Notes: generated by a model from the letters alone, not told the origin. A DNA stretch of 62,749 nucleotides, filler included, from 4 parts of 4 records of this genome joined end to end with filler, not necessarily neighbours in it; one strand, 5' to 3'; positions 8,761 through 19,937 are shown, counted from the whole stretch's first letter. Program-made: numbers and translations.

Positions 8761-10455
8761 ATGATACCAAGGAGCCCGTTGAAACAGGCAGTCGCGAAGT
8801 CACAAAGGTGCGGGCAATCCGAAAACCATACTTCGAGGCGAACGAGAACGATTGACTTGGCAAAACTGCTTCGCCGCTCGAGCGCAACCGTTGACTTGGG
8901 AGGATATGATGTGCCGCTCTATCCTATGACTCACCGACAATGTTTGAATGCTGCTTTGATCATGATGATTGACTCGATTCTCCGACAAGCCATTTCAGTG
9001 GGCTTGCTCGGGTGCGTATGTGTACTGGGCACACTCTCGGCCGGTACGGCTTGGGCCGCGAAACCCAATGTGGTGATGATACTGACCGACGACCAAGCAC
9101 CCTGGGCGTTCGCGGAAGCGGTTCGATCGGGGCAGTTTTCGGACGTGCCAATCCCCTCGACGCCGAACATGGATCGTTTGGCGGCCGAAGGTGCCGTTTT
9201 TCGCAACTTCTTTTGCACCACGCCGGTGTGCAGTCCCGCTCGCGCGACTTTGATGACAGGTCGCTACGCCAGCGAACTGGGGATCAAGGATTTCATCCCG
9301 CAACCCGGACACAAACTCTACGATCCCGACTCTCCAGTTTATTTGGATCCCGACAACACCGTGACTTTCGCGGAAGTGTTGCAGCAGCAGGGATACAAAA
9401 CCGGTCTGGTCGGCAAATGGCACCTCGGTGATTGGACAGCGAACGGCGATTCGGGGAAGCATCCGACGCAACACGGATTTGATTCGTTCATGGGATTGAC
9501 TGGAGGTGGAACGACGCCAGACAACCCCGAATTGGAACTCAACGGAAAGGTCCAACAGTTCCAAGGTTTGACCACTGATATCTTGACCGATCATGCGATT
9601 GATTTCGTGGAACAAAACGCTGACCGGCCCTTCTTCTTGTGCTTGTCCACCCGAGCACCTCACGGTCGGTGGTTGCCTGTCGCACCCGAAGATTGGCAGC
9701 CTTACGAAGAGATGGATCCAACGATCCCTCAATACCCGGACCTTGATACGGACTGGGTTCGCAAGAAGATGAAGGAGTACTTGGCGAGCACGTCAGGGGT
9801 CGATCGCAATCTCGGGCGGTTGCTGAAAACGCTCGATGCACAAGAACTGACGTCCAACACCATTGTGATCTTTACCTCGGATCACGGGTTCAACATGGGC
9901 CATCACGGGATCTATCACAAAGGAAACGGGATCTGGGCGACCAAGCAAAAGCCACCAGGCAAATTTCACCAAGGTACCCGAGTGATCTCGGACAAATACC
10001 GACCAAATCTTTATGACCATTCACTGCGAGTACCGGCAATCGTCCGTTGGCCGGGCGTGGTCAAACCATCCGCTGTGATCGAAGCCACCGCATCGCATTT
10101 GGATTGGTTCCCGACACTGTGTGCGATCGCCGGCGATGGCTCATCAGCCAAAGACTTGCCCGGCCGCGACTTGTCGCCGCTGCTGAAGGGTGAACCTCAG
10201 GACGACTGGGACCAAGCCCAGTACTTCGAGTACGACATGATCAACTACGCCGTCGCATCGCTCCGCGGTTATCGCACGCCGGAATACAAACTGATCCGCG
10301 ATCGGCACAATGAAGGCTGCGACGAGTTCTACGACCTAACGACGGATCCAGATGAAACAGTGAATCTGATCCGCAATCCGGGCTCGCAGGCAGTGATCAA
10401 AAGATTGGACGCGAAACTTCGCGCAATGGAAAAGAAATTGGAAGGGCCTCGGTGA
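8761..10455 (+). CDS. Exported formylglycine-dependent sulfatase
   Basis: KPNVVMILTDDQ, TPVCSPARATLMTG, GKWHLG, TSDHG. Real start probably near 8926-8965, ahead of the signal peptide. Confidence 0.92.
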   Translation: MIPRSPLKQAVAKSQRCGQSENHTSRRTRTIDLAKLLRRSSATVDLGGYDVPLYPMTHRQCLNAALIMMIDSILRQAISVGLLGCVCVLGTLSAGTAWAAKPNVVMILTDDQAPWAFAEAVRSGQFSDVPIPSTPNMDRLAAEGAVFRNFFCTTPVCSPARATLMTGRYASELGIKDFIPQPGHKLYDPDSPVYLDPDNTVTFAEVLQQQGYKTGLVGKWHLGDWTANGDSGKHPTQHGFDSFMGLTGGGTTPDNPELELNGKVQQFQGLTTDILTDHAIDFVEQNADRPFFLCLSTRAPHGRWLPVAPEDWQPYEEMDPTIPQYPDLDTDWVRKKMKEYLASTSGVDRNLGRLLKTLDAQELTSNTIVIFTSDHGFNMGHHGIYHKGNGIWATKQKPPGKFHQGTRVISDKYRPNLYDHSLRVPAIVRWPGVVKPSAVIEATASHLDWFPTLCAIAGDGSSAKDLPGRDLSPLLKGEPQDDWDQAQYFEYDMINYAVASLRGYRTPEYKLIRDRHNEGCDEFYDLTTDPDETVNLIRNPGSQAVIKRLDAKLRAMEKKLEGPR

Positions 10456-10610
10456 GGCATCATCTTGGAACGGGGTGATTCCAAAGTGCCAGTTTTCAAT
10501 TGCAAATCGCAAATCAACGTAGGCCAGGTCTTACGTGGCGATCTCGAATGTCCCGGCAAGCCAATGGCTCGCCAAAGCAGCCATACACCCAATTAACCTG
10601 GCTCACTTCG

Positions 10611-12137
10611 TCATGCGAGAATGCCTTGGACCACTTGGGCTGGTTTGACGCCGGTCAGCTTTTGATCCAGACCTTGGAACGGATAGACGAGACTTTGATG
10701 GTCAAACCCGAGCAAATGCAACAACGTCGCGTGGAAGTCTCGCAGATGAACCGGGTCAACCGCCGCGGTGTAGCCCACTTCGTCTGATTCGCCATACGTC
10801 ACTCCTTTTTTGATACCGCCGCCAGCCATCCACAGCGTGAATGCGGACGGGTTGTGATCCCGACCGACGAAGGTCATCTCGGTCCCGCCACGGTTCTCGC
10901 GCATCGGCGTGCGGCCGAATTCGCCGCTCCAAATCACGAGCGTGTCCTCGAGCATTCCGTTGGCCTTCAAATCGGCAAGCAACGCAGCGGTGGGCTGGTC
11001 GACTTGTTTGCACTTGTCCTTGAAGCCTTCGTTTAGCGCTTCGTCTTTTCCGGCACCGTGCGAGTCCCACCCCCAGTCGTAAAGCTGAATGAACCGAACG
11101 CCTTGCTGAGCCAATCGTCGGGCGAGCAAACAGTTGTTGGCGAATGATTCCTTGCCGGGCTCGGCACCGTAGCTGTCCAGGACGTGTTGTGGTTCCTTGG
11201 AGATATCCATCGCATCGGGCACCGCCGATTGCATCCGAAACGCCATCTCGTACTGGGCAATTCGAGTGATGGTCTCAGGGTCCCCAAACGTTTCGTGAGA
11301 AGTTTGATTGAGCCGATTGAGCGAATCCAACATCGCTCGTCGAGCTTCTCGAGTCGTGCCCTGCGGGTCAGAAATATTCAACACCGGATCGCCTTTGGAT
11401 CGACACTGGACGCCCTGGTAAACCGAAGGCAAGAATCCGGAACTCCACAGGGCTTTGCCAACTCGAGGCAACCGGCCGCCCGACAACAACACCATGTAGC
11501 CGGGAAGATCTTCATTCTCGCTGCCCAAGCCCCACGTGACCCAAGATCCGATCGATGGATTGCCCATCCGAGTTTGTCCGGTGTGGACCATCAGTTGCGC
11601 AGGCCCATGATTGAATTGATCTGTCTGCATCGATTTGATGAAACAGATGTCGTCGACCTGTTTTGCCAAATGTGGCATCCGATCGGAAACCCAAGCTCCC
11701 GACTCACCGTGTTGCTCGAACGGATACTGCGGCCCGAGCATTTTAGGCGTGCCTTGGATGAACGCGAAACGCTTGCCCTCCAAAAAGGATTGCGGGCAAT
11801 CTTTGCCATCGAGTCGTCTCAGTTCCGGTTTGTAGTCGAACAACTCCAGTTGGCTGGGGGCGCCAATCATGTGCAAAAAAATGACACGCTTGACCTTCGC
11901 CGGTAGCGGCGGCTTGATCGGGCTGAGCGGATTCGTTGGTGAATGCTGAGGGACCACGACGTTTCGCGCCGATGCCTGGTTCTGCTGCATCGCCATCCAA
12001 ATCGCCCCTAGACCCAACGTGGAATCACGCAGGAAGTGTCGACGCGTCGAGTGTTGCAACGAGCCAGCGTAGAGCTCCGATGCGAGCGATCTCCGCGAAA
12101 CGCTGTTCATTGAATGCATGGTTTGGAAGTCAATCAT
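10611..12137 (-). CDS. DUF1501 domain-containing protein (Tat-exported)
   Basis: TRRHFL Tat motif; KRVIFLHMIGAPSQLELFDYKP, CLLARRL..GVRFIQL, WDSH, GEFGRTP, GRDH motifs. Confidence 0.92.
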   Translation of the reverse strand: MIDFQTMHSMNSVSRRSLASELYAGSLQHSTRRHFLRDSTLGLGAIWMAMQQNQASARNVVVPQHSPTNPLSPIKPPLPAKVKRVIFLHMIGAPSQLELFDYKPELRRLDGKDCPQSFLEGKRFAFIQGTPKMLGPQYPFEQHGESGAWVSDRMPHLAKQVDDICFIKSMQTDQFNHGPAQLMVHTGQTRMGNPSIGSWVTWGLGSENEDLPGYMVLLSGGRLPRVGKALWSSGFLPSVYQGVQCRSKGDPVLNISDPQGTTREARRAMLDSLNRLNQTSHETFGDPETITRIAQYEMAFRMQSAVPDAMDISKEPQHVLDSYGAEPGKESFANNCLLARRLAQQGVRFIQLYDWGWDSHGAGKDEALNEGFKDKCKQVDQPTAALLADLKANGMLEDTLVIWSGEFGRTPMRENRGGTEMTFVGRDHNPSAFTLWMAGGGIKKGVTYGESDEVGYTAAVDPVHLRDFHATLLHLLGFDHQSLVYPFQGLDQKLTGVKPAQVVQGILA

Positions 12138-15103
12138 TTCATCAAGACCTCATCGAGGTTCAAAAGCACATTGGCAACCATCGCCAGGGGATCGCCGGTA
12201 TTCAATTGGCCAAGTTGCTGATGCAGTCCGACCAATTCTTCAAGTTCGCCACCGGAAGGCTCTCGGCACGTTGCACGAACAAAGCCCAACCGGATTTGTT
12301 CTGAAGGATCGTCGGACAACGTTCTCATGTGAGCGGCGAAGGCATTGGCACACTCCGCGAAAGTTTGATCGTTGAGCGTCATCAGAGCTTGGACCGGAGT
12401 GTTGGACCGTAGCCTGCGAGGCGTGCAAAATTCTCGCGACGGAGCGTCGAAGGCCGCGAACATGGGGAACGGAATGCTGCGTTTGGTGTAGGTGTAGAGC
12501 GAACGTCGATAGCGATTCCCGTCATCAACCTTCGCAGTATTCCATTTGTCCCAGGATGCAAACGGAGTCCAAACACCGTCGGGGATGGGTGGATGAACCG
12601 GCGGCCCGTGCATCTTGTCGCTCAACAATCCAGAGATCGCGAGAGCCTGATCGCGAACGGTCTCGGCATCCAAACGGTGTCGGGGCCCACGTGCCAACAA
12701 ACGATTGGCCGGATCCACGTCCATCAGATCATCTCGAACGACACTGGATTGCCGATAAGTCCGAGACAGCACCAATTCGCGAATAAGCGGTTTGAATTTC
12801 CACTGGTGAGTGTCTTTGAAACGCAACGCCAACTCATCGAGCAATGCCGGATGCGATGGTGTCTCTCCGGAAGATCCAAAGTCTTCCTCTGTCGCCACCA
12901 AGCCAATTCCAAACAGCTGAGCCCAAACTCGGTTCACCGCGACTCGCGCGGTCAGCGGGTTATCATCGCTGACCAACCAACGTGCGAGAGCCAACCGCGG
13001 CGGTTGATCGCCGCCCGACAAAGGCGGGAAGGACTGCGGCGTGTCGGGTTGGACTTGTTTGTCCTTCGTCAAAAATAGACCGCGAATGAACACGTGGCTG
13101 GGTCGAGCCAAGTGCGACTCTCGTTCGGCCAAAATCGGTACCGTCGTGGTTTCAATCTTGTCGCGTCGAGATTTCAATTCGGCAAGTTCTTTTCGTTGAT
13201 CCTGCAGGGACTGATCCGTCAATAACGCTTGGAACTCCGGATCGCTCGATACCGCCAAATGCCCTCGACGAGTGACCAACGAGAAAGCGGACAGCAAGTA
13301 GATCCGGTGCTTGATCGTGAATTCGATTTGCGATCCCTCGCCGACAGCCAAAGGTTCCTTCAGCAAGAACGCCGCGGAGCGGGGGTAATGAATGCGTGTG
13401 TACGCGGCGAATCCGTGATTCGATTTCTCGTTGAGACTGCCGTTGGGATCATGGAACGGATCAGGCTCATCGGAAATCACATCGGCGAATTCGATCGGTG
13501 TCGGTTCGCCGCCATCGGCAGGAATCAACTTGGCTTCGACGTGCGAAAGGACAAATCCCCATTCCGAATCGGCAACCGCCTTTTCGGGGTCCAGCGGCAT
13601 GCCCGTAAAACGGATCGCAGTGAGTGAATCGACGGACTTTGGCAAGGAAGACCGAAGTGTGATGTCCGTGTTTCGAGCTACGGTTCCGACGGTGTGATAT
13701 TCGTCATGATTACCGACCGTTTCCACAGCGACCTGGGTGGCCTTGTTGGTCGAAGCCTCCAGGCCGGTCAGCGGTTCCCAACGAGTCTCATCGGAAAGCA
13801 ATTCGTATTCCTGAGACCAAATGTTCCGTTGCAAAGGGCGGATCTGCGAATCGAGCTTGGCCGCTTGATCGTAGTGAGCCGAATCAACCGGCACCTTCAA
13901 CACCGGCCAATCTTCGTCCAAGTCCGAGTCCGTGGTGTTGTTGAAGAACGCCGCGAATTCGTAGTACTCGTCATGTTCGAACGGGTCATACGGATGGCTG
14001 TGGCATTGCACGCATCCAAATGTGACTCCTTGCCAAACTTGCCAAGTCGTGTTGACGCGATCAAGAATCGCCTCGATTCGAAACTCTTCGTCATCGGTCC
14101 CGCCCTCTTCGTTGGATTGCGTGAGTCGTTGGGCGGCGGTCGCGACGTAATCTTCGATGGTGGGATCAGGCAACAAGTCGCCCGCGATCTGGCGAATCGT
14201 GAATTCGTCATAAGGCATGTCTCGATTGAACGCATCGATTACCCAGTCGCGATACTTCCATGCTTTTCGAGGAGCATCGAGTCCGAGACCTTTCGAATCG
14301 GCGTAGCGAATTTGGTCCAACCAAACGCTGGCCCATCGTTCGCCGAACTCGGGACGATTCAGTAGCCGATTGACAGCGTCTTCGTACGCATGTTCTTGCT
14401 GCGCTTCGATCGCCGCCTCAAAAGCGGTCACTTCGTCGGGCGTGGGTGGCAAACCGATCAAGTCCAATGAAGCTCGTCGCAGCCAACGCGTTGGGACTTC
14501 ATCGGCGGCCGGTGAGATGCCATTTTCTTCCAACTTTGCCAAGATGAATCGGTCCGTCGCTTGTCGACACCAATCGACGTTGGCGACATCGGGCACGACG
14601 GGGCGTGCAGGTTTTTCGTACGCCCAGTGCTCGCCCCATTTCGCACCTTGCTCGATCCATCGCCGAATCAGTTGAACTTCGTACTCTGGAAGTGGCGGTC
14701 CGTGTTCCGCGGGCGGCATGATCACCGATTCATCGTCGGTCGTGATTCGTTCGATCACGATCGACTCATCAGGTTCTCCTGGTTCCACCACCCAACCATC
14801 CGGCGGCAGAACCTTGTCGCGATAGACAAACGACAGATCACCTGCCTGCTTCACTCCACCATGACAGGCGACGCAATGAGAGTTGAAAATCGGACGGATA
14901 TGATCGTTGAAATCGATCGTTTCCGGCAAAGCTTCCGCTTGGATGTGCATTGCATCCTGACCGGAATGTTCGCCCTCGTCACCGTGAGCGACCGCGCCGA
15001 ATCCACTCAGCACGCTGAGCAGGCCAACTGTTTTGATCCAATGAGTCATGAAAGCATCGAAGGAACGGTGAGAGGGAAAGGCGGCCAAACAAAAACCATC
15101 CAA
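12134..15103 (-). CDS. PSD1 / DUF1549 / DUF1553 and planctomycete cytochrome c domain protein
   Basis: CVACH and CVQCH heme motifs; HWAY..P, LRRASLDLIGLPPT, GERWASVWLDQIRYADS, NPLTARVAVNRVW, PSHPALLD, RSNTPVQAL. Confidence 0.92.
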   Translation of the reverse strand: MDGFCLAAFPSHRSFDAFMTHWIKTVGLLSVLSGFGAVAHGDEGEHSGQDAMHIQAEALPETIDFNDHIRPIFNSHCVACHGGVKQAGDLSFVYRDKVLPPDGWVVEPGEPDESIVIERITTDDESVIMPPAEHGPPLPEYEVQLIRRWIEQGAKWGEHWAYEKPARPVVPDVANVDWCRQATDRFILAKLEENGISPAADEVPTRWLRRASLDLIGLPPTPDEVTAFEAAIEAQQEHAYEDAVNRLLNRPEFGERWASVWLDQIRYADSKGLGLDAPRKAWKYRDWVIDAFNRDMPYDEFTIRQIAGDLLPDPTIEDYVATAAQRLTQSNEEGGTDDEEFRIEAILDRVNTTWQVWQGVTFGCVQCHSHPYDPFEHDEYYEFAAFFNNTTDSDLDEDWPVLKVPVDSAHYDQAAKLDSQIRPLQRNIWSQEYELLSDETRWEPLTGLEASTNKATQVAVETVGNHDEYHTVGTVARNTDITLRSSLPKSVDSLTAIRFTGMPLDPEKAVADSEWGFVLSHVEAKLIPADGGEPTPIEFADVISDEPDPFHDPNGSLNEKSNHGFAAYTRIHYPRSAAFLLKEPLAVGEGSQIEFTIKHRIYLLSAFSLVTRRGHLAVSSDPEFQALLTDQSLQDQRKELAELKSRRDKIETTTVPILAERESHLARPSHVFIRGLFLTKDKQVQPDTPQSFPPLSGGDQPPRLALARWLVSDDNPLTARVAVNRVWAQLFGIGLVATEEDFGSSGETPSHPALLDELALRFKDTHQWKFKPLIRELVLSRTYRQSSVVRDDLMDVDPANRLLARGPRHRLDAETVRDQALAISGLLSDKMHGPPVHPPIPDGVWTPFASWDKWNTAKVDDGNRYRRSLYTYTKRSIPFPMFAAFDAPSREFCTPRRLRSNTPVQALMTLNDQTFAECANAFAAHMRTLSDDPSEQIRLGFVRATCREPSGGELEELVGLHQQLGQLNTGDPLAMVANVLLNLDEVLMK

Positions 15104-15118
15104 GCGAAGCTGCGAAAG

Positions 15119-16552
15119 TTATGCCAAGATGTCATTAACGACTTTGGATGATTCCACACCGGTCAATTTGAAATCGAGACCTTGATAGCGGTGGGTGAAA
15201 CGCTCGTGGTCGATGCCCAACACGTGAAGTGCTGTGGCGTGTAAGTCACGTACATGAACCGGATTTTCGACGACGTTGTAACTGAAGTCATCCGTCTGCC
15301 CGTATGACGTTCCGGGCTTGATACCAGCCCCGGCCATCCAAATCGTGAAGCAGCGGGGATGGTGGTCGCGACCGGCTTCGGGTGAATCCCATTTGCCTTG
15401 ACCAGCGACTCCGCGTCCGAATTCGCCGCCCCAAATGATCAACGTGTCGTCGAGCAAACCGCGTTGCTTCAAGTCTTTGACCAACGCGGCACTGGGTTGG
15501 TCGGTATCAACGCATCGCGAAACGCACCAGGAACTCAGCCGCGAATGGTGGTCCCAATCGGGATGAAACAATTGAATGAACCGCACGTCACGCTCGGCCA
15601 AACGCCGAGCCAAAATGCAGTTGGCGGCGTAGCTGCCCGGCCGACGCGAATCGGGACCGTACATTTCAAATGTCTCGTCGGACTCATCACTCAAGTCAGT
15701 CAGATCCGGAATGCTGGTTTGCATCCGAAACGCCATCTCATATTGAGCGATACGGGTCTCGATTTCGGGATCCAAAGTTTCAGTGTGGTGCAGGCGGTTC
15801 ATCCCCGCCAATCCGTCCAGCATTTCGCGACGCAATTCCCGTGGAAAGCCATCGGGGTCGTTCAAGTACAGGACCGGATCCTTTGCACTACGCAGCTTGA
15901 CGCCCTGATGTTTGGACGGAAGAAACCCGCTGCCCCAATAATGGTCATAAAGAGGTTGATCACTGGGCCGCTTCATTTTTGAAATCACCACGACGTAATC
16001 GGGCAGATTGCTGTTCATGCTGCCCAAACCATAGCTCGCCCAGGCACCAAAGCTTGGTCGACCGGGGAGCTGGTGACCGGTCAAGAATTTTGTCATCGCC
16101 GGTGCGTGATTGATCTCATCGGTGACCATCGATTTTACAAAGCACAAATCGTCGGAGATTGCACCGATGTGCGGTAGCCATTCGCCAACCAATCGTCCGC
16201 ATTCACCGTGGCGGTGAAACTTTGTGATCGCTGGCAAAATCAATTGCTTTTGGTTCTTGGTCATCCCGGTAAGCCGCTGGCCCTGCCGGACACTGTCGGG
16301 CAGTTCGGTACCGGCCAACTTTGGCAGTTCTGGTTTGTGATCGAACAACTCAATCTGCGAAGGACCGCCGGATTGGGTCAAGAAGATCACGCGTTTGGCT
16401 TTGGGCGAGAAGTGCGGCAGGCTGGACTTCAACTCGCTGGCGGCCAGCTCGTCGCCCAGCATCGCACCCGCGGCGAGGGCACCGAAGTTAAAGCCAGCTT
16501 GCGAAAGGAAGCTACGCCGACCGAGCTGCAGATGGGTTTCTTGGTGATGCAT
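15119..16552 (-). CDS. DUF1501 domain-containing protein (Tat-exported), second paralogue
   Basis: GRRSFL Tat motif just after ATG 16552; KAKRVIFLTQSGGPSQIELFDHKP, WDHH, GEFGR, GRDHHP. Confidence 0.92.
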   Translation of the reverse strand: MHHQETHLQLGRRSFLSQAGFNFGALAAGAMLGDELAASELKSSLPHFSPKAKRVIFLTQSGGPSQIELFDHKPELPKLAGTELPDSVRQGQRLTGMTKNQKQLILPAITKFHRHGECGRLVGEWLPHIGAISDDLCFVKSMVTDEINHAPAMTKFLTGHQLPGRPSFGAWASYGLGSMNSNLPDYVVVISKMKRPSDQPLYDHYWGSGFLPSKHQGVKLRSAKDPVLYLNDPDGFPRELRREMLDGLAGMNRLHHTETLDPEIETRIAQYEMAFRMQTSIPDLTDLSDESDETFEMYGPDSRRPGSYAANCILARRLAERDVRFIQLFHPDWDHHSRLSSWCVSRCVDTDQPSAALVKDLKQRGLLDDTLIIWGGEFGRGVAGQGKWDSPEAGRDHHPRCFTIWMAGAGIKPGTSYGQTDDFSYNVVENPVHVRDLHATALHVLGIDHERFTHRYQGLDFKLTGVESSKVVNDILA

Positions 16553-16631
16553 TGGATCTTTGAATGAAAGGCGGCGTCTTATGGGTGTTTGCCGTGACGT
16601 TTGATCTTTGACATGAATGGAGTGGTGCAAC

Positions 16632-19600
16632 TCATTCACGCGTCATGGCTTCGTCTAGGTTCAGAATCAAACTGGCGGTCGTCATCCAAGCCGCGGTTTT
16701 GGCGGCTACGCTAGCACCGGGCGACTCCATCTGGCCGACGGTGCAAAACTCAATTGCCTGGTCAACGTGATCGCCGTAGTAGTCATCCGTTCGCGTCCAA
16801 ACCGTTCGCAACGCCTCGCGTTCGTTGTGGCTCAGCGGGCGAGACAATACTTGGGTGGAAAGATAATTTGCTTGATCAGCCCAAGCGGATGCGTCGGATT
16901 GCTTCACGAGTGAATCCGCGAATGCTCGGGACGCTTCCAACATGGTCGCGTCATTCATCAACGTCAGTGCGTGCAGCGGAGTGTTCGTGCGTCGCACGCC
17001 GACTTCGCAAACGCGACGCTGAGCACTATCGAACAGAAACGTCGGTGCACTGCTGCGACGCCAAAATGCGTAGATCGTCCGTCGGTACTGCCTTGAACCG
17101 AGACTGGGTTGATAGTCGAACCGTCCCATAGTGATCTCCGCCCATACGCCCGGCGGTTGATAGGGATACACGGGTGGGCCGCCGACGGTTGGATCGAGCA
17201 ATCCCGAGACTCGCAATGCATTGTCGCGAATCATCCAAGCCGGCAAACGGAACCGGGGTGCTCGTGCAAGCAAACGGTTTTCGGGGTCGAGTTCCAACAA
17301 CTCCGGTGAAATGACGCTGCTTTGTCGATACGTTTTACTGGTCGAGATCAGTCGTAGCAGATGCCGCAGATCCCAATCGCTTTCGATCAGTTCCACCGCC
17401 AACCAATCAAGCAATTTTGGATGTGTTGGCAGTTCGCCTTGCAAACCAAAGTCACCCGGCGTTCGCACCAAACCGGCACCAAACATCAATTGCCACATGT
17501 GATTGGCCATCACACGAGCGGTCAGTGGGTTCGCGGGATCGACGATCCAATTGGCCAAATCCAAACGGGTTCGAGTCTTCTCGGCGGGCCATTCCAGCAC
17601 GCTGGGCAGAACGGCTCGTTCAACGACATCGCCTTTCGCATCCCAAACTCCTCGCAACAGCACGTGAGTTTCGCGAGGTTCCTCCCGTTCGCTCAACACC
17701 ATCACCTTGCGAGGCTTGGCTTGCTTCTTCAAATCGGCGAGTTGCTTTTGAGCTCTATGCAATCGCCCGCTGGCGTCCTGGTATTCCAAATCAGCGATTA
17801 AGAATTGTTCCAGCAAACGTTTGCGAAGTTCGTCGTCAATTGGTTTGGCATCTGACTCATCGACGGTTTCGTCATTTCGGTGCTTGTTCAAGGCTTGAAC
17901 CAACTCTGCCTTAGGGGAGCCACCATCCACGCGGCGAACGGTTTCGCCAAACTCCGAACACAACGAAACTCGGAAGCGTCCGATGTTTGCACGGCCGTGA
18001 GTGGAACGTTGACGCATCAAAACGACGAATCGATCGCCGGATTGGACGTCCCATGGTTCGGCAAGCTCATACACACCGACGTGTGGCTGTATCTCTTCGG
18101 CTCCTTCGGTTGTCCAACCGTCCCGAGCGTCGTCGTTGAGCGTCTTGTTGATTTTCGCGTAACGTTTGTCCCATTCTGTTTTGCGTTCTTCATCTGATTC
18201 AAAGTCCGCCTTGGCACGAACAAACTCCAACTGGCTTTCCGAGGGACTGCCGTCTCGACGGCCCATCGCCAGAACGCTGGTTAGCGTGAACTCGCCATTT
18301 CCGTCACGTGAAAACCGTCCGTCAACATGTGATTCGTGCGGGAAGACTTCGATGCGAACCCCAGTAACACGCGGCATGTCATCAGGTACTTGCATGACCA
18401 CGCGGTAGTCGTCTTGGACCGGCTTCGGCCCTTTCGTTTGAACGATGCGATCGTCCTGGATGTCGAATTCGGTCCCTTCACTGCTATTTAACTTTGGCGA
18501 AGGCGTGTGCCACACCGAGTGTTCCGCTGGTGGGTCGCTTTGGAACTCGGACAGCCAGGTATTGAAGCGTTCAACAGCTCGCTGTTTTTCGGCGACTTCA
18601 GCTTTTACGCACTCCTCAACAAACGTCGCAAACTCTTCGGCTTGAGGATCGACCTTGGGCGACTCGAATTCCAGATATGGTTTGGCTCGCATCCCAGCAT
18701 TGCCATCTTCATCAATGCTGTTGAAGAACGCTGACAATGAGTAGTAATCGTGGTGCGTGATCGGATCGAACTTGTGCGTGTGACATTGCACACAACCAAG
18801 TGTCAGCCCCAACCAAACCGTTCCGGTCGTGTTGACTCGATCGATGACATAGTCGATGCGAGATTCTTCGGGGTCGCGTCCGCCTTCGCCATTGGTCATG
18901 TGATTGCGATGAAAACACGTCGCCAGTTTTTGTTCCGCGGTCGCGTCTGGCAACAAGTCACCGGCGAACTGCTCGATCGTGAATTCGTCGAACGGCCGAT
19001 TGTTGGCGAATTGATCGATTACCCAATCACGCCAAGGCCAGTTTTCGCGAGTGCCGTCTTGTTGGAAACCATCCGAATCGGAATACCGCGCGGCATCGAG
19101 CCACCACATAGCCATGCGTTCGGCATGATGCGGTGATTCGAGACAATCCTTGACGAGGCTCTTCCAGACTTCTTCTTTGGTTTCGTCAGTGGCGTCACTT
19201 AGCCGAGCGATCTGGTCGGGTGTCGGCGACATGCCGGTCAAGTCAAACGAAAGCCGGCGAAGCTGTGTGATTGGATCAGCAGGCTGACTGAGTGACAATT
19301 CGTTGTCGGCAAGTTTGTCCGCAACGAACGCGTCGATGGGATTTGAGTCGGACTCCTCGCCATCGGACTCAGGAACCTCAGGCCGAGTCAACTCTTCAAA
19401 AGACCAATGCTTGCCCCAGGGTGCTCCTTCAGCAATCCATTGTCGAATCGCTTCGCGTTCTTTCTCCGACAACGGTTTGCGATGCGAATCTGGAGGTGGC
19501 ATCAACGTGTCTTCATCTTCAGAAATGATCCGAGACCAGATTTCGCTGTTCTCTAAATCACCAGGCTGAACCGCGGCGTATCCGCCACGATCCTCTTTGG

Positions 19601-19937
19601 CGGCCGACTCGACATCCAACCGCAGATCCGCCTCACGGTTGCCTTCGTCAGGACCGTGGCAATGAAAGCATCGGTCCGACAAGACCGGCAAAACATCGCG
19701 GGAGAAAGAAACGTCATCCGCTTGCAGAGCAGTCACGCCGACGAGCGAGGTGAGCATCCAAATAGGCAACGTGAGAAGGATGACATAGACCGGATTGCCA
19801 AAGAATCGAGAACGCTCCGCGGGTGGATGCGGATGCGCTTCAGACAGCTCGGTTGTTCCAAACGAATCCGCACACTCGATCAAGCCAATCGGTGAGTCGT
19901 TCAAACTTCGAAGATCATGGACGATGAGTTCACTCAT
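16632..19937 (-). CDS. PSD1 / DUF1549 / DUF1553 and planctomycete cytochrome c domain protein, second paralogue
   Basis: CFHCH and CVQCH heme motifs; HWSF, WLDAARYSDSDG, NPLTARV, PTHPKLLDWLA, RTNTPLHAL. Start uncertain. Confidence 0.92.
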   Translation of the reverse strand: MSELIVHDLRSLNDSPIGLIECADSFGTTELSEAHPHPPAERSRFFGNPVYVILLTLPIWMLTSLVGVTALQADDVSFSRDVLPVLSDRCFHCHGPDEGNREADLRLDVESAAKEDRGGYAAVQPGDLENSEIWSRIISEDEDTLMPPPDSHRKPLSEKEREAIRQWIAEGAPWGKHWSFEELTRPEVPESDGEESDSNPIDAFVADKLADNELSLSQPADPITQLRRLSFDLTGMSPTPDQIARLSDATDETKEEVWKSLVKDCLESPHHAERMAMWWLDAARYSDSDGFQQDGTRENWPWRDWVIDQFANNRPFDEFTIEQFAGDLLPDATAEQKLATCFHRNHMTNGEGGRDPEESRIDYVIDRVNTTGTVWLGLTLGCVQCHTHKFDPITHHDYYSLSAFFNSIDEDGNAGMRAKPYLEFESPKVDPQAEEFATFVEECVKAEVAEKQRAVERFNTWLSEFQSDPPAEHSVWHTPSPKLNSSEGTEFDIQDDRIVQTKGPKPVQDDYRVVMQVPDDMPRVTGVRIEVFPHESHVDGRFSRDGNGEFTLTSVLAMGRRDGSPSESQLEFVRAKADFESDEERKTEWDKRYAKINKTLNDDARDGWTTEGAEEIQPHVGVYELAEPWDVQSGDRFVVLMRQRSTHGRANIGRFRVSLCSEFGETVRRVDGGSPKAELVQALNKHRNDETVDESDAKPIDDELRKRLLEQFLIADLEYQDASGRLHRAQKQLADLKKQAKPRKVMVLSEREEPRETHVLLRGVWDAKGDVVERAVLPSVLEWPAEKTRTRLDLANWIVDPANPLTARVMANHMWQLMFGAGLVRTPGDFGLQGELPTHPKLLDWLAVELIESDWDLRHLLRLISTSKTYRQSSVISPELLELDPENRLLARAPRFRLPAWMIRDNALRVSGLLDPTVGGPPVYPYQPPGVWAEITMGRFDYQPSLGSRQYRRTIYAFWRRSSAPTFLFDSAQRRVCEVGVRRTNTPLHALTLMNDATMLEASRAFADSLVKQSDASAWADQANYLSTQVLSRPLSHNEREALRTVWTRTDDYYGDHVDQAIEFCTVGQMESPGASVAAKTAAWMTTASLILNLDEAMTRE

